Assembly: GCA_973851085.1 (NCBI GenBank)
Contig: OZ316775.1
Location: forward strand, 11,470,001 to 11,534,000
Source: Ptychomitrium polyphyllum
Taxonomy: Eukaryota
Direction of reading: 5' to 3'
DNA length: 64,000 bases
Shown in pieces: positions 12,309 through 25,969 of this stretch. Each line of letters opens with the position of its first letter. Position 1 is the first letter of the stretch. The notes under the pieces are model-generated. The model saw only the letters and a program-made list of their open reading frames with translations. It had not been told where the DNA came from and ran no database searches. The translations under genes and the position numbers were made by a program.

Positions 12309-15300
12309 ATGAATCTCTGCTTGCTTGGTACGTCCATTCTCTTTCCGTCTTAGGTTTTCGTGACCAGGATTATGGATACTTGCGTCGCGCTTCGGGTCGT
12401 GGTGCGACGCTCCGCATTGCCGGAGTGTTGAGCCGGAGTGTTGAGTTTTTGGTGGAGTGAGTGAGTGGTTAGGGAGGTTGTTTGCGAGTCGCGGTCTCTT
12501 ATCCTTGCTTAGAAGTCTAGGAGGTTTTGGTTTTAAAAATTTTGGCGAGACACAATGCGAGGATTAGAGGCGCAGCCCTATGTCAGGGTTTGGTTGAGAG
12601 CTTCTCTGTTTTTATGGCGAATGCGGGTGTTGATTTCTGTGAGGATTTTTTTGTTCGTTGTGCGACGGTTTTTGATGTGGTTATTGCCCACGATTGTTGA
12701 TTGACTCCGAGGCTTTGGTTATTTGTACTTGCGTTTCACAAAGTTGAGTTTCGTTCCAGTCATTGTGCCCTGTAGGTTTAGCCTCTGTGTCTTGTTCTGA
12801 GGTTTCGTTGCGGCATTGTAGGTTGTGTAGAAATTCTGCGGTAATTGCAAGTAGGTGACATACCTCTTCCCACGTACACTAGAACTTTACGAGGTTAGCT
12901 TTTGCATATATCTCTTCCGTCGGTCTGCAAGGAAGGTGACGTTGTTAGTTAGCTCTACTATCTCTTTTCTCGAGGTTCCTGTATCTTAGACGATGGAGTT
13001 GTAGTAGCTTGACAATTGAGCAAATGCACAAATTGATCACAACTCTACTGCTGCAGTAACGGCCACTTGTTTGAACCCGTAAAGTCTGAAATAAGAATTT
13101 TGATTTAAAGTGTTTCAAGAATGAGAGTTAGTTTGACAGTAGTTTCTTCGTTCAGCACAATTCACGTTGGAAGGCTCTACATGTTTGTTCTTTCGATTCT
13201 TGAAAATATACTAAGCAGCTGGGTCATATCACGGCTTGTACATAATCCCTCTCGGACATTTTGGGAGGTTTGATTAGACCTTCCGTTTTCACATGTTTAT
13301 TTCGGAATCTGATCCACTTCCTGCTTCTGCAGATCCGTTTCAAAGTGACTTTCCAGAAGTGATAGAAGAGTACTTGGAGCACGGGGTCACTAAGTGTATT
13401 TCGTTCAATCGCCGAGGAACTCTTCTTGCAGGTGCCTCTTTCATAAGTGTTTGACAGTTGAGATATTAAACTGGCGTAGAGTGAGATAGTAGCAGGAGAC
13501 TGAATGTTAGTCGGATTGCTTTGAGGGGCTTGTGGTATCAGTCTCTTCAAATCAATGCAGTTGTTAGGCGCGCTTCTGCAGATCGTAGATTTTCAGTGCT
13601 TATGATTAGGCTTTTCATGCTTCACACACTGAGGTTAGGTTGTCGGTTTCTCTATCCAGCCGGATGTAATGATGGATCGTGCATCATTTGGGATTTCGAC
13701 ACTCGAGGCGTCGCGAAGGAGCTTCGCGAAAAAGAAGCTGCTGCCCCTATCACCAGCGTGAGCTGGTCAAAGTGTGGCCACCGTCTTCTCTCTGCTGCTA
13801 CTGACAAAACCCTATCACTATGGGATGTTGGGAAGGGAGTCAAAATTGGCATGGTCCCCTTGCAACAATCTGCACTGCATGCACGACTTTATCCGGGAAC
13901 CAATCGACCCTCTATATGTTTGGCCTGTCCAATGTCCGGAGCACCAATCTTAGTAAATTTTGATATAGGTATGTTTTGACGGTTACTATGCAATTTCATA
14001 ACTACCAAATTGTTTTTGCATCTCTTAGGCACCAATAGTGTTGTGATGAATTTCTGTGAAAATTGAATCTCTTGTTCAACAGGGGAAATCCAGGCGCTTC
14101 CTGTATTAGTCTCTTCTACAGATGGGGAAAATGGTGCTCCACAGTCTCGTGGTGGGAAATTTGGTGATGCGAGTGCACCTTATTCCCCTTCAGCAGCCAG
14201 TTTCAACAAGAAGGGAGACCTCATATATGTTGGAAATTTTAAGGGAGAAATTTTAGTAATTGATACGGAAACAAGACAAACCCGCACAGTTCTGCAGGTG
14301 AGTAATCCGTTTGGTGTCATTCCACTTGTCTCTATTTGCTTGTTTATATTACTGAGTTTCAACTTCTTGTGATCTCTTAAACACAGCAGTGACCAGTTTG
14401 ATCAGCAGATACATAAGATTTCCAACGCCTGGGCGTTCAAGAATTTAGAGAGTGATAAGACTGTATGCATCCATATTTGATGGTATCCATGTTTTGCAAT
14501 TGTTGGTAATGTTATCGCGTTGATTCTATCGAGGCTGTTGTGTGTTTAACTTGAGTGCCTCACTTCACTAATTGGAGATCTGATGTGCAATGGGTGTTAA
14601 TACTATCTCAATGCTTATCTAGTAGTCCACTAAGAGAAAGTTTGTCTTCGGATTATAATTTCAGTTTGAAATGACTACTTTGCAGTGACAGGTTTTTCAT
14701 CTTGAACTGAAGGTTACTATTTTTCATATCATGAGGTTTAGTCTGATTCTAGTTTTGCTGATTTTGTAGCTCACTTTCACTTATGAAGATTATCAATCAT
14801 GGAACGCAGGTTCCAGGAAATGCTGCAATTAGGCAGATTGTTTTTAGTCGCAACGGCCAGTTTCTTCTTACAAATTCTACGGACCGAATCTTGAGAGTGT
14901 TTGAGAACCTGTTGCCAAGAGACGGTGCTGCCAGAGCTCTGGCTTCTTCGGTCGATCAAAAAGAAAAAGGATCTGGCATGTCTCGAGATGTGCCGTGTCT
15001 CAAGTTTACAAAAGATTTTCAAGATGTTGTAAATAAGATGCACTGGAAGGCTGCATGTTTCAATGGGGATGGCGAGTGTGTGGTTGGTGCCTCAGCCAAC
15101 AAGGGAGAGCATAAAATCCACATTTGGAACAGGTGATACGACCTCACTTACTCCTACATATTTATATGGCATTTCGACATTTGTGATTTCCTCTTGTGTT
15201 GTAAATTCTGCTTTGAATGATTAGGTCTGGAGTGGTCGATACCATTTTAGGTATTGTGGCTTTTTCAGTTGTTTACTGCTGAGAACAAGCCAGAATGATG

Positions 15301-16826
15301 ATTTAATCACTCCTCTTGGTTCATTGAGATGGTAGTGACCTTAACTGCTTGATAAATTAATGACTCAGTTGCGAAGCTATAAATCTAGGTTTGATGTAGA
15401 GATTTGACGATTCGCAGATTTTTTCACTAAATATTTGTGTTTAATTAGAATAAAACCATCATGTGTATCAGGAATTTTGGGCAATTGGCTCGAATATTGG
15501 AAGGCCAGAAAGAAGGACTTGCTGATTTGGCTTGGCATCCAACCCGCCCAGTTGTGGCCTCCGTATCTATGTCGGGCGTAATATACTTATGGGCCAAGGA
15601 TTACACTGAGAATTGGAGTGCATTTGCACCTGATTTCAAAGAACTAGAAGAAAATGAGGAGTATATAGAGCGAGAGGATGAGTTTGATATCATGCCTGAA
15701 ACTGACAAGGCAGAGCCTGATCTCTCAGTCGTTTTTTTCTTGGATTCTATATACATGTTTTATGATTTGTTTGTGAATCTTCTAGTGTTTTTCTGGTGAG
15801 ATTCACACCTTTTATTGATCTTATACAGGTGAAATCAACACGCGTGGACGAAGATGCTGATGTGGATATTATGACAACGGAAAAAGTGGCTGCATTCAGT
15901 GACAGTGATGAATCTGAGGATGGGCTTTACTTCTTACCAACAGTCCCAGATCGTGATGCTTCTCCTCCACGTCCTCCGCATTCTCCTGTGCCTTCTCCAA
16001 ACACAGCATCTGTTCCAAAGGTGGCCGGAAGCATGACTCCATCAAACTCTGCAGGCTCGCAGGACTCAGACACTGAGCCAGATGGTCAACATACAGAACA
16101 AAACTCTGAAGGTGAGATGATGCACAACTCTGGACTCCCCCTGTAAATTTGGTCAACAATAGTTTTCTTTTGCAATTTAAAAATAGGTTATCATGTTTAT
16201 TTCTTAATTGTTTACTCATGCTCTTCAGTGTTCATTTTTACACAGATGAAGAAGTAGGTCCTAATGGACGTCTCAAGCGTAGGCGAAAGTTATCAGAAAA
16301 AGCGGCAGAGCTTCAGGCAGAGAGGGGGCGTAAAGGTTCAGTCAAGAAGCCTAGTTCCACTTCGAAGCTAGGGAAAGGTGAAGCGAAGGGCTCATCCCCG
16401 GTTTCTAGCAAACCTTCTGTTACCAATGGAAGTGGAGGACCATCGAGCGCTACTTTAAAATTGAAGAACCGCGAAACACAAGAATCTCAAGGATACGCTG
16501 ATGACGATGTATCTCTTAAACACTTTTCATCCGTTCTCACTGTCAATAGATTCTTGGGTAGCTCATTACTTAGCAATTCCTCTGTTCACGTTATTCAAGC
16601 GATGGCTTCTTAAAATGAGTAGTTTATGCAGGGCAAATTATCTGTGTACTGTTGACTTCAATTTAGAATGCATATTCTTTATGATTCGTAACTAATGCAT
16701 ACGTTTTGACATCAGGAGCAATCGGTTCCAAAGAAGAGTGTGAAGCGGGTGGAGCGATTGAAACCTGTGGCTTCATTATCACACAACAACGATACAAGCT
16801 CGGTGTATGGTTCTCCATCTATGTAA
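12309..16826 (+). CDS. RBL: RBBP5-like WD40 protein (COMPASS/H3K4 methyltransferase complex subunit, plant RBL); multi-exon
   Basis: Exon 1 12309-12327 (MNLCLL) splices to 13333-13431 (DPFQSDFPEVIEEYLEHGVTKCISFNRRGTLLA). WD40 exons follow (GCNDGSCIIWDFDTRG, ITSVSWSKCGHRLLS, GEHKIHIWNR, DLAWHPTRP), then the hallmark ENWSAFAPDFKELEENEEYIEREDEFD. The last exon begins ~16716 and ends TAA at 16826. Confidence 0.93.
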
Positions 16827-17799
16827 GTTAGATATGTATCAATTGATCGGTTTAGGAAGTATTCTCTGCTGCCTGGTTTCGTAAGAGGTCCTCCAATCAC
16901 CTCTTGTGCAGCTTTGATTCGTAAGATCAACTCTTGAAGCTCGATACAGCAACTTAAATGCTGTTTAACAATTGTGTCGTGATCGATGGCGCCATTACAA
17001 TCCTTTGGACGCAGTTGGGTCTTCTATCCTCTGGTGCTAGATGAGATGCCATTGCTTGATAACTAGACGATTGCACATTTACACTTAATAATCCTGTCCC
17101 GAAATAAACAACAGTTCTTGAATTGTGAACTATGTGCAACACACAATTGAGGGACCGTTTTCATGAAGTCTTTTCTAAACTTTGAGAGAAGTAGATTTAG
17201 AACTCGGGTAGTCATGAGGAGGTCACCGATTGTTTTTGTTTTGCAAGCACATGGAAACGTATTCTTTTGAATCCTGGTTGTAAAATACGTGGATTACAGG
17301 GAAGGGCAAATTGTATCGCTTTCATGATGCCATTCTATGATAACTTACTACTTTCGGTTTTCAGTTTCGTATAACTTAGTATATGTACAGTACAATTCAA
17401 GACCTCAACTTAGAAATACATTCCAAAGTTGGAGTTATCTTTTTGAGATTTGACTGTAAACTTGAAGTTATGGCTATGGCGGTGTCTTTCGAAGTGAAGT
17501 GCTTCCATCGTCCCATTATTATACAAATTTATTGGAATGCTGTGATAAGTCGACGGCATGTGCAAGTTGCTAGCATAAAACCAAAAATGAATTATCAACT
17601 TATGGCGGAACTCAGTCGCAGATAAGCTTTGTGGTGCTAAAATTCTAGAACCTGAAAGACTAGGTCGCTGCCATACTACAGTAATTTCCAAGGTAGTTAC
17701 TGTTACAACTTCGTTAGAAAGTGCCCAGCACAAGAATGAACATGTTTTTCAAATCACTGAATTTTATATTCTATGTCACTAATCTCATCAAGCGTGTTC

Positions 17800-18780
17800 C
17801 TTGCCACTTCTATTGCAATAGAAAAATATCTTTTACTACGGAACTTCAATCCTTATGCAATGTAACTTTTATTAGCTATCTGAGTTTTTTGTAGAATGCA
17901 CTCAATTGAATTTTCCTAATGAATCCAAATACAAATGAAAAATGCATTTCATCTCCATGAAATGATGTTTATATAAACTTGTTTAACTAAAAAGAATATT
18001 AAAAGTTATATTTATTCACCCTTATGATCCAACTATGAATACATAAAATAAGAACAAAATTAAATTATCAATCTTATATAAATATGATATTATATAAAAA
18101 AATGCATGTTGGCACATTAATGTGCCACAATATTCTTATCACCATTTTTTATTGTGATTTGGTTTCATTTTATTTCCATTTAAAATTCATGTTATTTAGC
18201 TTTATAGTAAGAATTTGAGCTTTTCTTATATTTATGGTAGTATCTTCAAAAATTTCTTATGTTATACAAGAATGTAAGTGCATGTATGAAACTAAGATAA
18301 AAATAAAAATCTCCCTCCTTTCTTTCTATGAACTAATTTCATTAAGATGACCTTTCAAATGTATTAATTTCAACCATTCAACTAAAAGATCAAAGTTTTA
18401 AAAAAAAACTCTAATCTCAAACACAATTTCTATGGTTCAATTTTATTTCAAATATCCCATTATAAAAGGCTTGATTCCACAAAGTCACAACTTTCACAAA
18501 AGTTTAAAAAATTCAACACTATGTATAGAAAGAGGGTTAAATAATACTTTCTAATAAATTCTTAATTTAGGAAAATTCTTCAACTATAACTTTGTTCACC
18601 CTCCTAACTCCAAACAACATTTACTCCATTCATCATCAATTCTACATGTAATCCAACATCCCTAAATCAATGCAGAATTCGAACATCCTACACGGTTACA
18701 ATCCAAACACAATACAAAACACAATCTCAACATACACTCTCCATCCAAACACAACCTAATACCGGAGCTTCCAAGCTAAT
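17800..18780. other. AT-rich intergenic island
   Basis: Low-GC non-coding stretch between the RBL 3' end and the PAT promoter. Confidence 0.4.
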
Positions 18781-19042
18781 GAATTTTGGTGCTCACCTCC
18801 AATCAAAACCAATAAAACTGTTCTTCAATTTGGTCTAAGTGACCCCAAATTATCCACAGGATGGCAAGTGGTACCCACAGGCACCTAACCACGGGGTAAA
18901 TATGGCCCCAGTGGTAAAATAAAGAAAAACAAATCAACCCCGCATGGTCAAAGAGTCCGAAACATAACACGGTAGAATCTTTCGTCCACCTGTCATGATT
19001 GACCTTCACGCGATCCCCCCCTCCGATAACGCCGGGTCAAAA

Positions 19043-19065
19043 GCTGACGTCGCTCGCTGACGTCG
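19043..19065 (+). promoter_or_regulatory. Tandem GCTGACGTCG motifs (bZIP/TGA as-1-like site) upstream of the PAT gene
   Basis: GCTGACGTCG occurs at 19043-19052 and 19056-19065 (13-bp spacing), ~550 bp before the ATG. Function is inferred only. Confidence 0.3.
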
Positions 19066-19576
19066 AGCCCCAAGCCCTAATCATAACGTAAAAAGCAGCA
19101 TGACGATCCCCAAAGAAAGCTGCATCATTTCGCCCGCAACTCCACCCTGCACCTTCGCGGAAGGCGCAGGCCCTGTTCCAGACAGCTTTCGAATCTCCCC
19201 GTTCCCTCCAGGGAGACGCGAAGGAAGGAAGGCCTGAGGGAATACTCAAGCCCGCAGGAGATTCCTTTTTGCTTTTTCGTTTTTTGCTCCTTTCTCGTTC
19301 TGGCGCTCGCTCGTCCTCGGTCTCGAAGAGCACGAAGTCTGGCGCAAGACCAGTGTGTGTGTGGAAGGCTACTGTATGCACGCTGCATTGGAGGTGCTGT
19401 GCCATGGGGGCCATGGTTCGCGCCCGCGCTGCGCGTGGCCGAGCGGTCGGGAAGGAGCTGCGGGGTTGGCTGTGACGGCCACGGGCGCGGTGGGGAATTG
19501 GCTGTGTGGCTGGGGTGCAGGGGGAGGTTGGGCGGGTGAGGGGCGAGGAGGTGTTGTGGAGAGGAGAGGTCGGTAC

Positions 19577-19602
19577 TAGGGTTTGAGGCAGGGGTAGGGT
19601 TT
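19577..19602 (-). promoter_or_regulatory. Two telo-box motifs (AAACCCTA) just upstream of the PAT start codon
   Basis: TAGGGTTT at 19577-19584 and 19595-19602 on the plus strand. Confidence 0.35.
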
Positions 19603-19608
19603 GGGGGG

Positions 19609-22600
19609 ATGGCGTCGGAGATTGAGATAGTAGGGGAGGGCGGGACGCCGCGGGGGGAGGGCGGGGAGGTGTCGTCGTCGGGCGGGGTCGGCGGGGGGCC
19701 GAGGGCGGGGGACGACGGGCAGAAGCGGGACGATGTGTACACGGCCGCGGCGTACGGGGATGTGGACAAGCTGCGGAGGCTGGTGGAGGAGCGCGGGTGC
19801 TCGGTGCTGGAGCCGGATTCTGGGGGTTACTTTGCGTTGCAATGGTGTGCTTTGAATAATCGGACTGCTGCTGCTCAATATCTCCTTGAGGTTGTTGAAC
19901 CTTGAGGAACTCTCTACCTCCCCTCTATATGCTGGTTTCCCTGCTCTCTGTTTGGTTTCGCCTTCTGAGAGCCTAAATTTGTCTTTGTGAATTCTCATGT
20001 AGCTTTTTAGCGGGTGCATTTCGCCTGGTACTGTGCCCTGATACTGCCTTTTCTACTTGTAAGCGCCTTACGACGATGTAGTTTTTAAGCTGGGAGTGAG
20101 ATTGCAAGGGCGAAGGTTCTGGTGTGGTCGTAACATTTTTCACTTCAGTCCGACATTCAGTGGCTGTGATAATGCATTAACTTCCAGTAACCTCACTGCG
20201 TTAGGAAGGGTTTCACGTTCTAAATTGTAGCTTGTTCTGGCTTCCTATTGTAAGTCTAGGTCTGCCAGCTTTTGGGCTGCGCATCAGAGATTTTCATTAG
20301 ACGGGTGAATTTTTAGCTGCAGCATCCCTCTCTCGCTACGTGTTTCCGTGGGTGTTGAGACTAGCAGCTCAAATAATAGCAGTATACGATTTTTTGTACA
20401 GGTGAAGTAATATTCCCTTTAGATTTTTTTGATGAGCCATGTCAATTGTAGTGATAGATTTCTCTTTTCGAAGGATTTCTGGCGTCACCCGTGTTTGGCA
20501 GTGTTATGAGATCGTAGAATGAATCAGCTTCTTTGCACAAATCTTGTCGGTAGGTTTGACTGGGTGCATTTTTGAGATCACGATGACGAGTTTTCTATTG
20601 TTCTAATATTAGCAGTATCCGGGCTGTAGAAACTATGACTTGGTTCATAGTCTCCTAATCGAACAAGATCATCTGTTCAAAGTTTCTGGTCGAAAAAGAC
20701 CTCTGTATATGGTATTAGCAGAAATGTTTCGTGGACAATACAAAAGAAGAATCAGCATGTGGTTGCTACTTCATGTTCGCTCACAATAGAGTTTTGGTAT
20801 GCAGCATGGAGCAGATGTGAATGCCACTGATTTCACGGGGCAAACTGCTTTGCACTGGACCGCTGTCCGGGGGTCAATTCAGGTGGCCGAGTTGCTGTTG
20901 CAGAGTGGCGCTCGCATCGAGTGTGCAGATTCCCATGGATATCGGGTCCGCTCCCTTTACTCTTGCTTGCTATCCTTTTTGGTGTATGCTTGAGTTCACT
21001 TGAAGCGATGGTAGTCTGTGTCTGTCTTCTTGAGATGTGATAACTTCAGTGAGGTTGTTTCGAGCAGTTTTTAAGTTTGCGTCTACTTGTTCTCCAGACA
21101 TCCCACGTGGCCGCGCAATATGGACATACTGCCCTGCTATACCATATCGTTACAAAATGGGGTGCAGAAGTGGACCCTCCTGATCATGATGGACGCAGCC
21201 CTTTACATTGGTAGGCAATGGTCTATTATCTCCTTGATTACTTGTGAAATCATCAGCAGCACCGACGTGAGGTTGGAGAATTTTAAGCGCACTTGAGCAC
21301 AGTTAGGGTTGTTATGTTCACATTATTAGCACCAGCTTTTCAGATGCATGTTATGGTCGGCCTTCCAGGGTTATTTTGCCGCAGTCAAACAGCATGTTGA
21401 ATGTTGTGTTGCTCTGCAGGGCTTCTTATAAGGGATTTGCGGATAGTATTCGACTACTACTTTTTATGGACGCTTGTTTGGATCGAGCGGATAAAGAAGG
21501 TACGATTTTTGGTTTATCTGTAGTGCACGCGCATTGATTTGTGTTTGGAAGGCAGGGTAGTGTATGAAGAAAGAGGGAAACTATTTTAATTTGTGCTAGA
21601 ATGGATTTCATAGTTGTTCCCAGTCGTTATCATTGTCTGTTGCCTTTGTTGTCAAGCTCAAAATTTGATCAGTGCAGATACTTGCGTCCTTTTCTATAAA
21701 GACAAGAAGGCGGTGTTGGAATTATGTTTCCTATATTAATGTCGTAATCTATTGTCGCAGGGTGTACACCGCTGCACTGGGCAGCAATCCGAGGTAATTT
21801 GGAAGCTTGTACTGTGTTGGTACAGGCAGGTACTCTAGAAGATTTGTTGGCGAAGGAGTCAACTGGTTGCACCCCAGCACAGCTGGCATCTGACAAAGGT
21901 CACCGCCATGTGGCTCTTTTTTTGGTAAGGATTAGTGCTAAACAAAGGGATAACAAAGCTATAAATGCTGTTCATTGCAGTCTATTTTTCAAGCGTTGTT
22001 TTTCCAGGTGACTGCAAACAAGTTTCAGAAACAGGAATTTCATAAAACGATAAATTTGAGAAATTATGATGCTTTGTTTGAGGAATACCAGTAACTGTAA
22101 CCTTGAATTTAATCTTGTTCCGGGACTGGGTTATCTTTATATACTTGTTTACATCCCTCCTGATGTTTTTTGTGTTTAGTTCTTCTACCTGATATTTCTT
22201 TTTTGGGTGGGTTTTGTTGGATGCAGTCAAACGCTCGAAGAATTTTTAATAATCGGTGGGGCGACAAGGGTCGTCTTGGAAAGTTTGCCAAGCTTGGCTT
22301 AGCTCCTGTCCTTTGGGCTGTAATTATTGGTCTTCTTCTTATTTTCATCAACTCTGTGATCACATGTATGTACTCATGCAACATACAAGTTCCATTCTGT
22401 TTTAAAATAATTTTTTGTATGAAGCTGTATTTCAAGAAACACGTCAGCAACTGTACCCTGCACCATGACCGATAATACAATATTCTGCTAAATAGTTATA
22501 AATATCTCCTTGTTAAAAAGACATTTTAGATGGAAATTTATGCTACGTATTGCTTTTTTGGCATGTTTACAGTCTAGAGCTTATCTGAGTTGGAGTACCA

Positions 22601-25548
22601 TTTGAGAGAAACTTAGGACCTCTTTTGTTGGGGTGGGATTTCGCTCGCTTATTTCGGTGGCGCAAAACTGGATTATGAAGGCATACGTAAAAGAGTGTTA
22701 TGTTTTTAAGTTACATATTTGTGGGCTGTACAATGGAACAGCAAGAACACTGTTAACAATAACAGCTGGAGATGGATTTTGGGCTTGTTTGGTGATCGTA
22801 TTGGCAAGCGGCGGTCTTTTCCTTCTCTATCGTTGCACCAGGTTTGTGCTTCTTGAATGTCATTTAAGAATGCTTGATAGTTGTTGTGGTCGTGTTCGCA
22901 GTTTATTAGACTACTGGCAGCATCTAGACAGAAGTTTTTTTCACTTTGAATTGGTGTATTTTAAGTAAAGTTTAAAGAAAATGATTGATTTGTAGTCGTT
23001 TCTTGGTTGTTCAGTGTATTGATTACAGAAAGATAGTTGTTTTAGAATATTATATTATATATGGTTAGGTTTGTGTAGAAAAGAGTCATTTACGTCTTCT
23101 TATTGCACTGGTCTCTGCAACAGCTGAGTTGTTGATGGTGATCTGATTTGCAGTAAGGATCCTGGATATATAACTCATATGCGTGGACAACCTGTACCAA
23201 GGGAGACAGAACAGCAGGTAAGTTAGATGACGGGTTCGCTTCTTTCCTGGTAACCATCGCTTCATTCCTTTGTGTGGGTCTAATATGAAGAGATTCTCTT
23301 TCGCACCGAATAATTGCTGTATGGGTTCTCTTGATGTGGTTTAACTGATTGTCTTGGACATTGGTAGTATCCTTTCATGTCAGATCACAACAACAGCGCA
23401 TCTCTGTACATCTTAATTTACAAATGATTTTTCCCTAGCTATTCATCTGTTTTTTTCTGGCCATTCGAACATGTTTAACTTTGTCTTCTATCGTGACTAC
23501 TTATGGTGTCTACTTATGATAACATAAAGTTTGTTATTCATATGCTTTTTCATGTTCATATCTGTTCACAGGAACATCTGTTAAAAAGGGATTTGAGCAA
23601 CCCAGCGTTGTGGGCAGGATACTGGGCGCAGTTATGTCCCACTTGCAAGGTTCGATAATATTATTTCTTATTTGGTTTAACTTGAGTCTTTAATTTTTCA
23701 CCTGTTAAGTGATTCTGATTGGGTTTGGAAGGCGAATCTGCAACTTTTTACATATTTTTGAGCGTTAAGCGAATTTCGCTGATTGATTGATCGTTGTTGC
23801 ATGCCCTCTAGATTGTCCGACCACTGCGATCCAAGCACTGCTCTTCCTGTAATCGCTGTGTTGACCAATTTGACCATCATTGTCCTTGGGTTTCAAATTG
23901 TGTTGGCAAGGTGTGCTTCCCGCTCCTTTGTTTTACGACGATCTCCTTCTTGATGATACCTCTCATGTGAAGCATGTCGTGTGAAAAACAGTCAAGATTT
24001 TGAAGCCACAAGTCTTTGAATGACTATTCAATCTCAGCCATGTTATAACAGTCTTGCCATTAGGTTAACTTCGAGATCAGCGGCATCAGGGTAGAATTAG
24101 TTTCTGCTTACATAGAAGACTTGGTTGCTTTAATTGATGCATATTTGTGCTGTGAATGATTCCTGGGACTGCTTCCTTCTCACAGAACAACAAATGGGAC
24201 TTCTTTATTTTCTTATGCATGGAGGTTATAGCTATGATTATTGCGGGAATTGTGACTCTTCATCGTAAGCTACCTTGACTTTATTATCACACTCTGCCGT
24301 ATTGGGTGATTGCTCTTTAAATTCTCTTAATAGAGATGTTTTGGATTACCCTAGTTCTTTTGAAAAGAGGATGGATACCCTATTCCAGCCTTTCATACCT
24401 TGACCGTACACTGGTTTAATAGATGGATTTTATAAACTGTGTTTCTGTGTGGAACTGCTTTGTTCGGTATAGGGTTGTGGCTTGATCCATCAGCACCATC
24501 TGGTTTTGGGAACTTTCTTCGGCATATTGCACTGTACCACAGTGGTGCACTTGTATTTCTAATGGGAGATATATTTCTTCTATTTGGTGCTGGTACATTG
24601 ACTGGAATGCAAGCCCTGCAGGTATAGATTCCTTTTTGTATATATATATAATTTTCTCTCTTAATAAAGCCTGCACATATTTGATTGTTGTTGCCAGATT
24701 TCCTACAGATACATATTGTAGGTAAAAGGGATCGCCTTGTCATCCTGATATGCTATGTTATATATTGTATTATAGATCGCTCGAAATATTACCACCAATG
24801 AGATGGCGAACTCTCTGAGGTACGGTTATCTCAAAGGCGCTGACGGCCGATTTCGCAATCCTTACGACTCTGGATGTCGCAAAAACTGTGTTGATTTTCT
24901 TCTTAATGGATACAATGAAGACATAGAAGTGCCCTGGGAGCCCATTCAGCAACACGGTGGTGTGATTCAAATGGGTGAAAGGTATGAATCATAAAGTTTC
25001 ATTCTCTAGACTGCTGACTTGAGAGAAGCTGTTTGAGGTGCTTGGTTAAAGTTATAATTATGAAGTGTTACAATGAGATCTGAGGTATGATCAAGTATCA
25101 CAGAGCTGTATTGTCATAACAAGAATACGTGATTTGAATACTGCTTCTTCTCTTTCCCTTTGATGTTGGATAACAAGGGGTTTGATGGTATGTATCCATG
25201 AAGCTATTGAATACTTACGTGTGAATTCAGACGGCTAGTATCTGATCGTTTTGGCGAGGCATGCTCTATTCTTCGTTTGGCTAGTCAGATCCTTATTTGA
25301 CTGTGTTCCTGATCCCAGAAGTCGTTGTTTCATGTGAGTTCAGGTCAGTGGCGGCAGGTGCAGTAGGTGCTAGCCTAGGAGGAGTACCTGGGCAAACTCC
25401 AAGCAATGTCCCCAATGGGCTAAGAAATCACCATGTACATTCTTCAACATGTTCACATAACCATCAAGGTCACAGCCATAGTGGCTCTACCCCACTAGGA
25501 CTTGGAAGCCTCGGTTTACCCAATCATGACCCTGATCATACTGCTTAG
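19609..25548 (+). CDS. PAT24: Ankyrin-repeat DHHC protein S-acyltransferase (PAT24/TIP1-like); multi-exon
   Basis: MASEIEIV start. Ankyrin repeats ([37 protein letters not shown]) and TM segments follow, then the [40 protein letters not shown] (~23812-23910), NITTNEMAN...FRNPYDSG, and a His-rich tail with PLGLG ending TAG at 25548. Confidence 0.94.
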
Positions 25549-25656
25549 AATCACCTCCCACTGGAATAACCTGTAGGACTTATATTGATCTAGTTTTTAT
25601 GAAATTATATACATTTTAGTATGTGGCTTCCGCCATTTTCTCCGATGTATGGATGA
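25002..25656 (+). repeat. Left arm (source) of a 655-bp inverted duplication: PAT last intron, last exon and start of the 3' UTR
   Basis: Reverse complement matches 31807-32461; the ORF track gives an identical 83-aa translation at 25297-25548 (+) and 31915-32166 (-). Confidence 0.97.
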
Positions 25657-25969
25657 TATTGGTTGTTTGCTTTCAACGTTACCATAGTCTGGATGGAAAT
25701 AACAGAATAAAATTAGGGGTTTAGAAGTTCTATAGTGATGCATCAGTAAGGAAGAATCATTTCTTTGAATCTACTGTTACCGGAATTCACGCAAGCGGAA
25801 CATCATCCTCATTGTCATCCCTGCAAACACTTCACCTTCCCGCTGCACATTATTGTGCACTTATGGGACCTCGAGAGTCTCAATTCGTATTTAAAGGAGA
25901 GCCTGGGCCACCATCACATCACACCTACACCTGAACCCGCCAGAATTTTATTTTATGCCCAAACATGTA

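Noticed and set aside
12419..12444. 13-bp tandem duplication GCCGGAGTGTTGA in RBL intron 1 (and a 14-bp repeat near 3940-3977)
   Set aside because: Ordinary slippage-type micro-duplications in introns.
19125..19769. 214-aa Pro-rich minus-strand ORF and other overlapping ORFs at the PAT and importin 5' ends
   Set aside because: These are antisense shadows of GC-rich first exons and leaders with no domain features.
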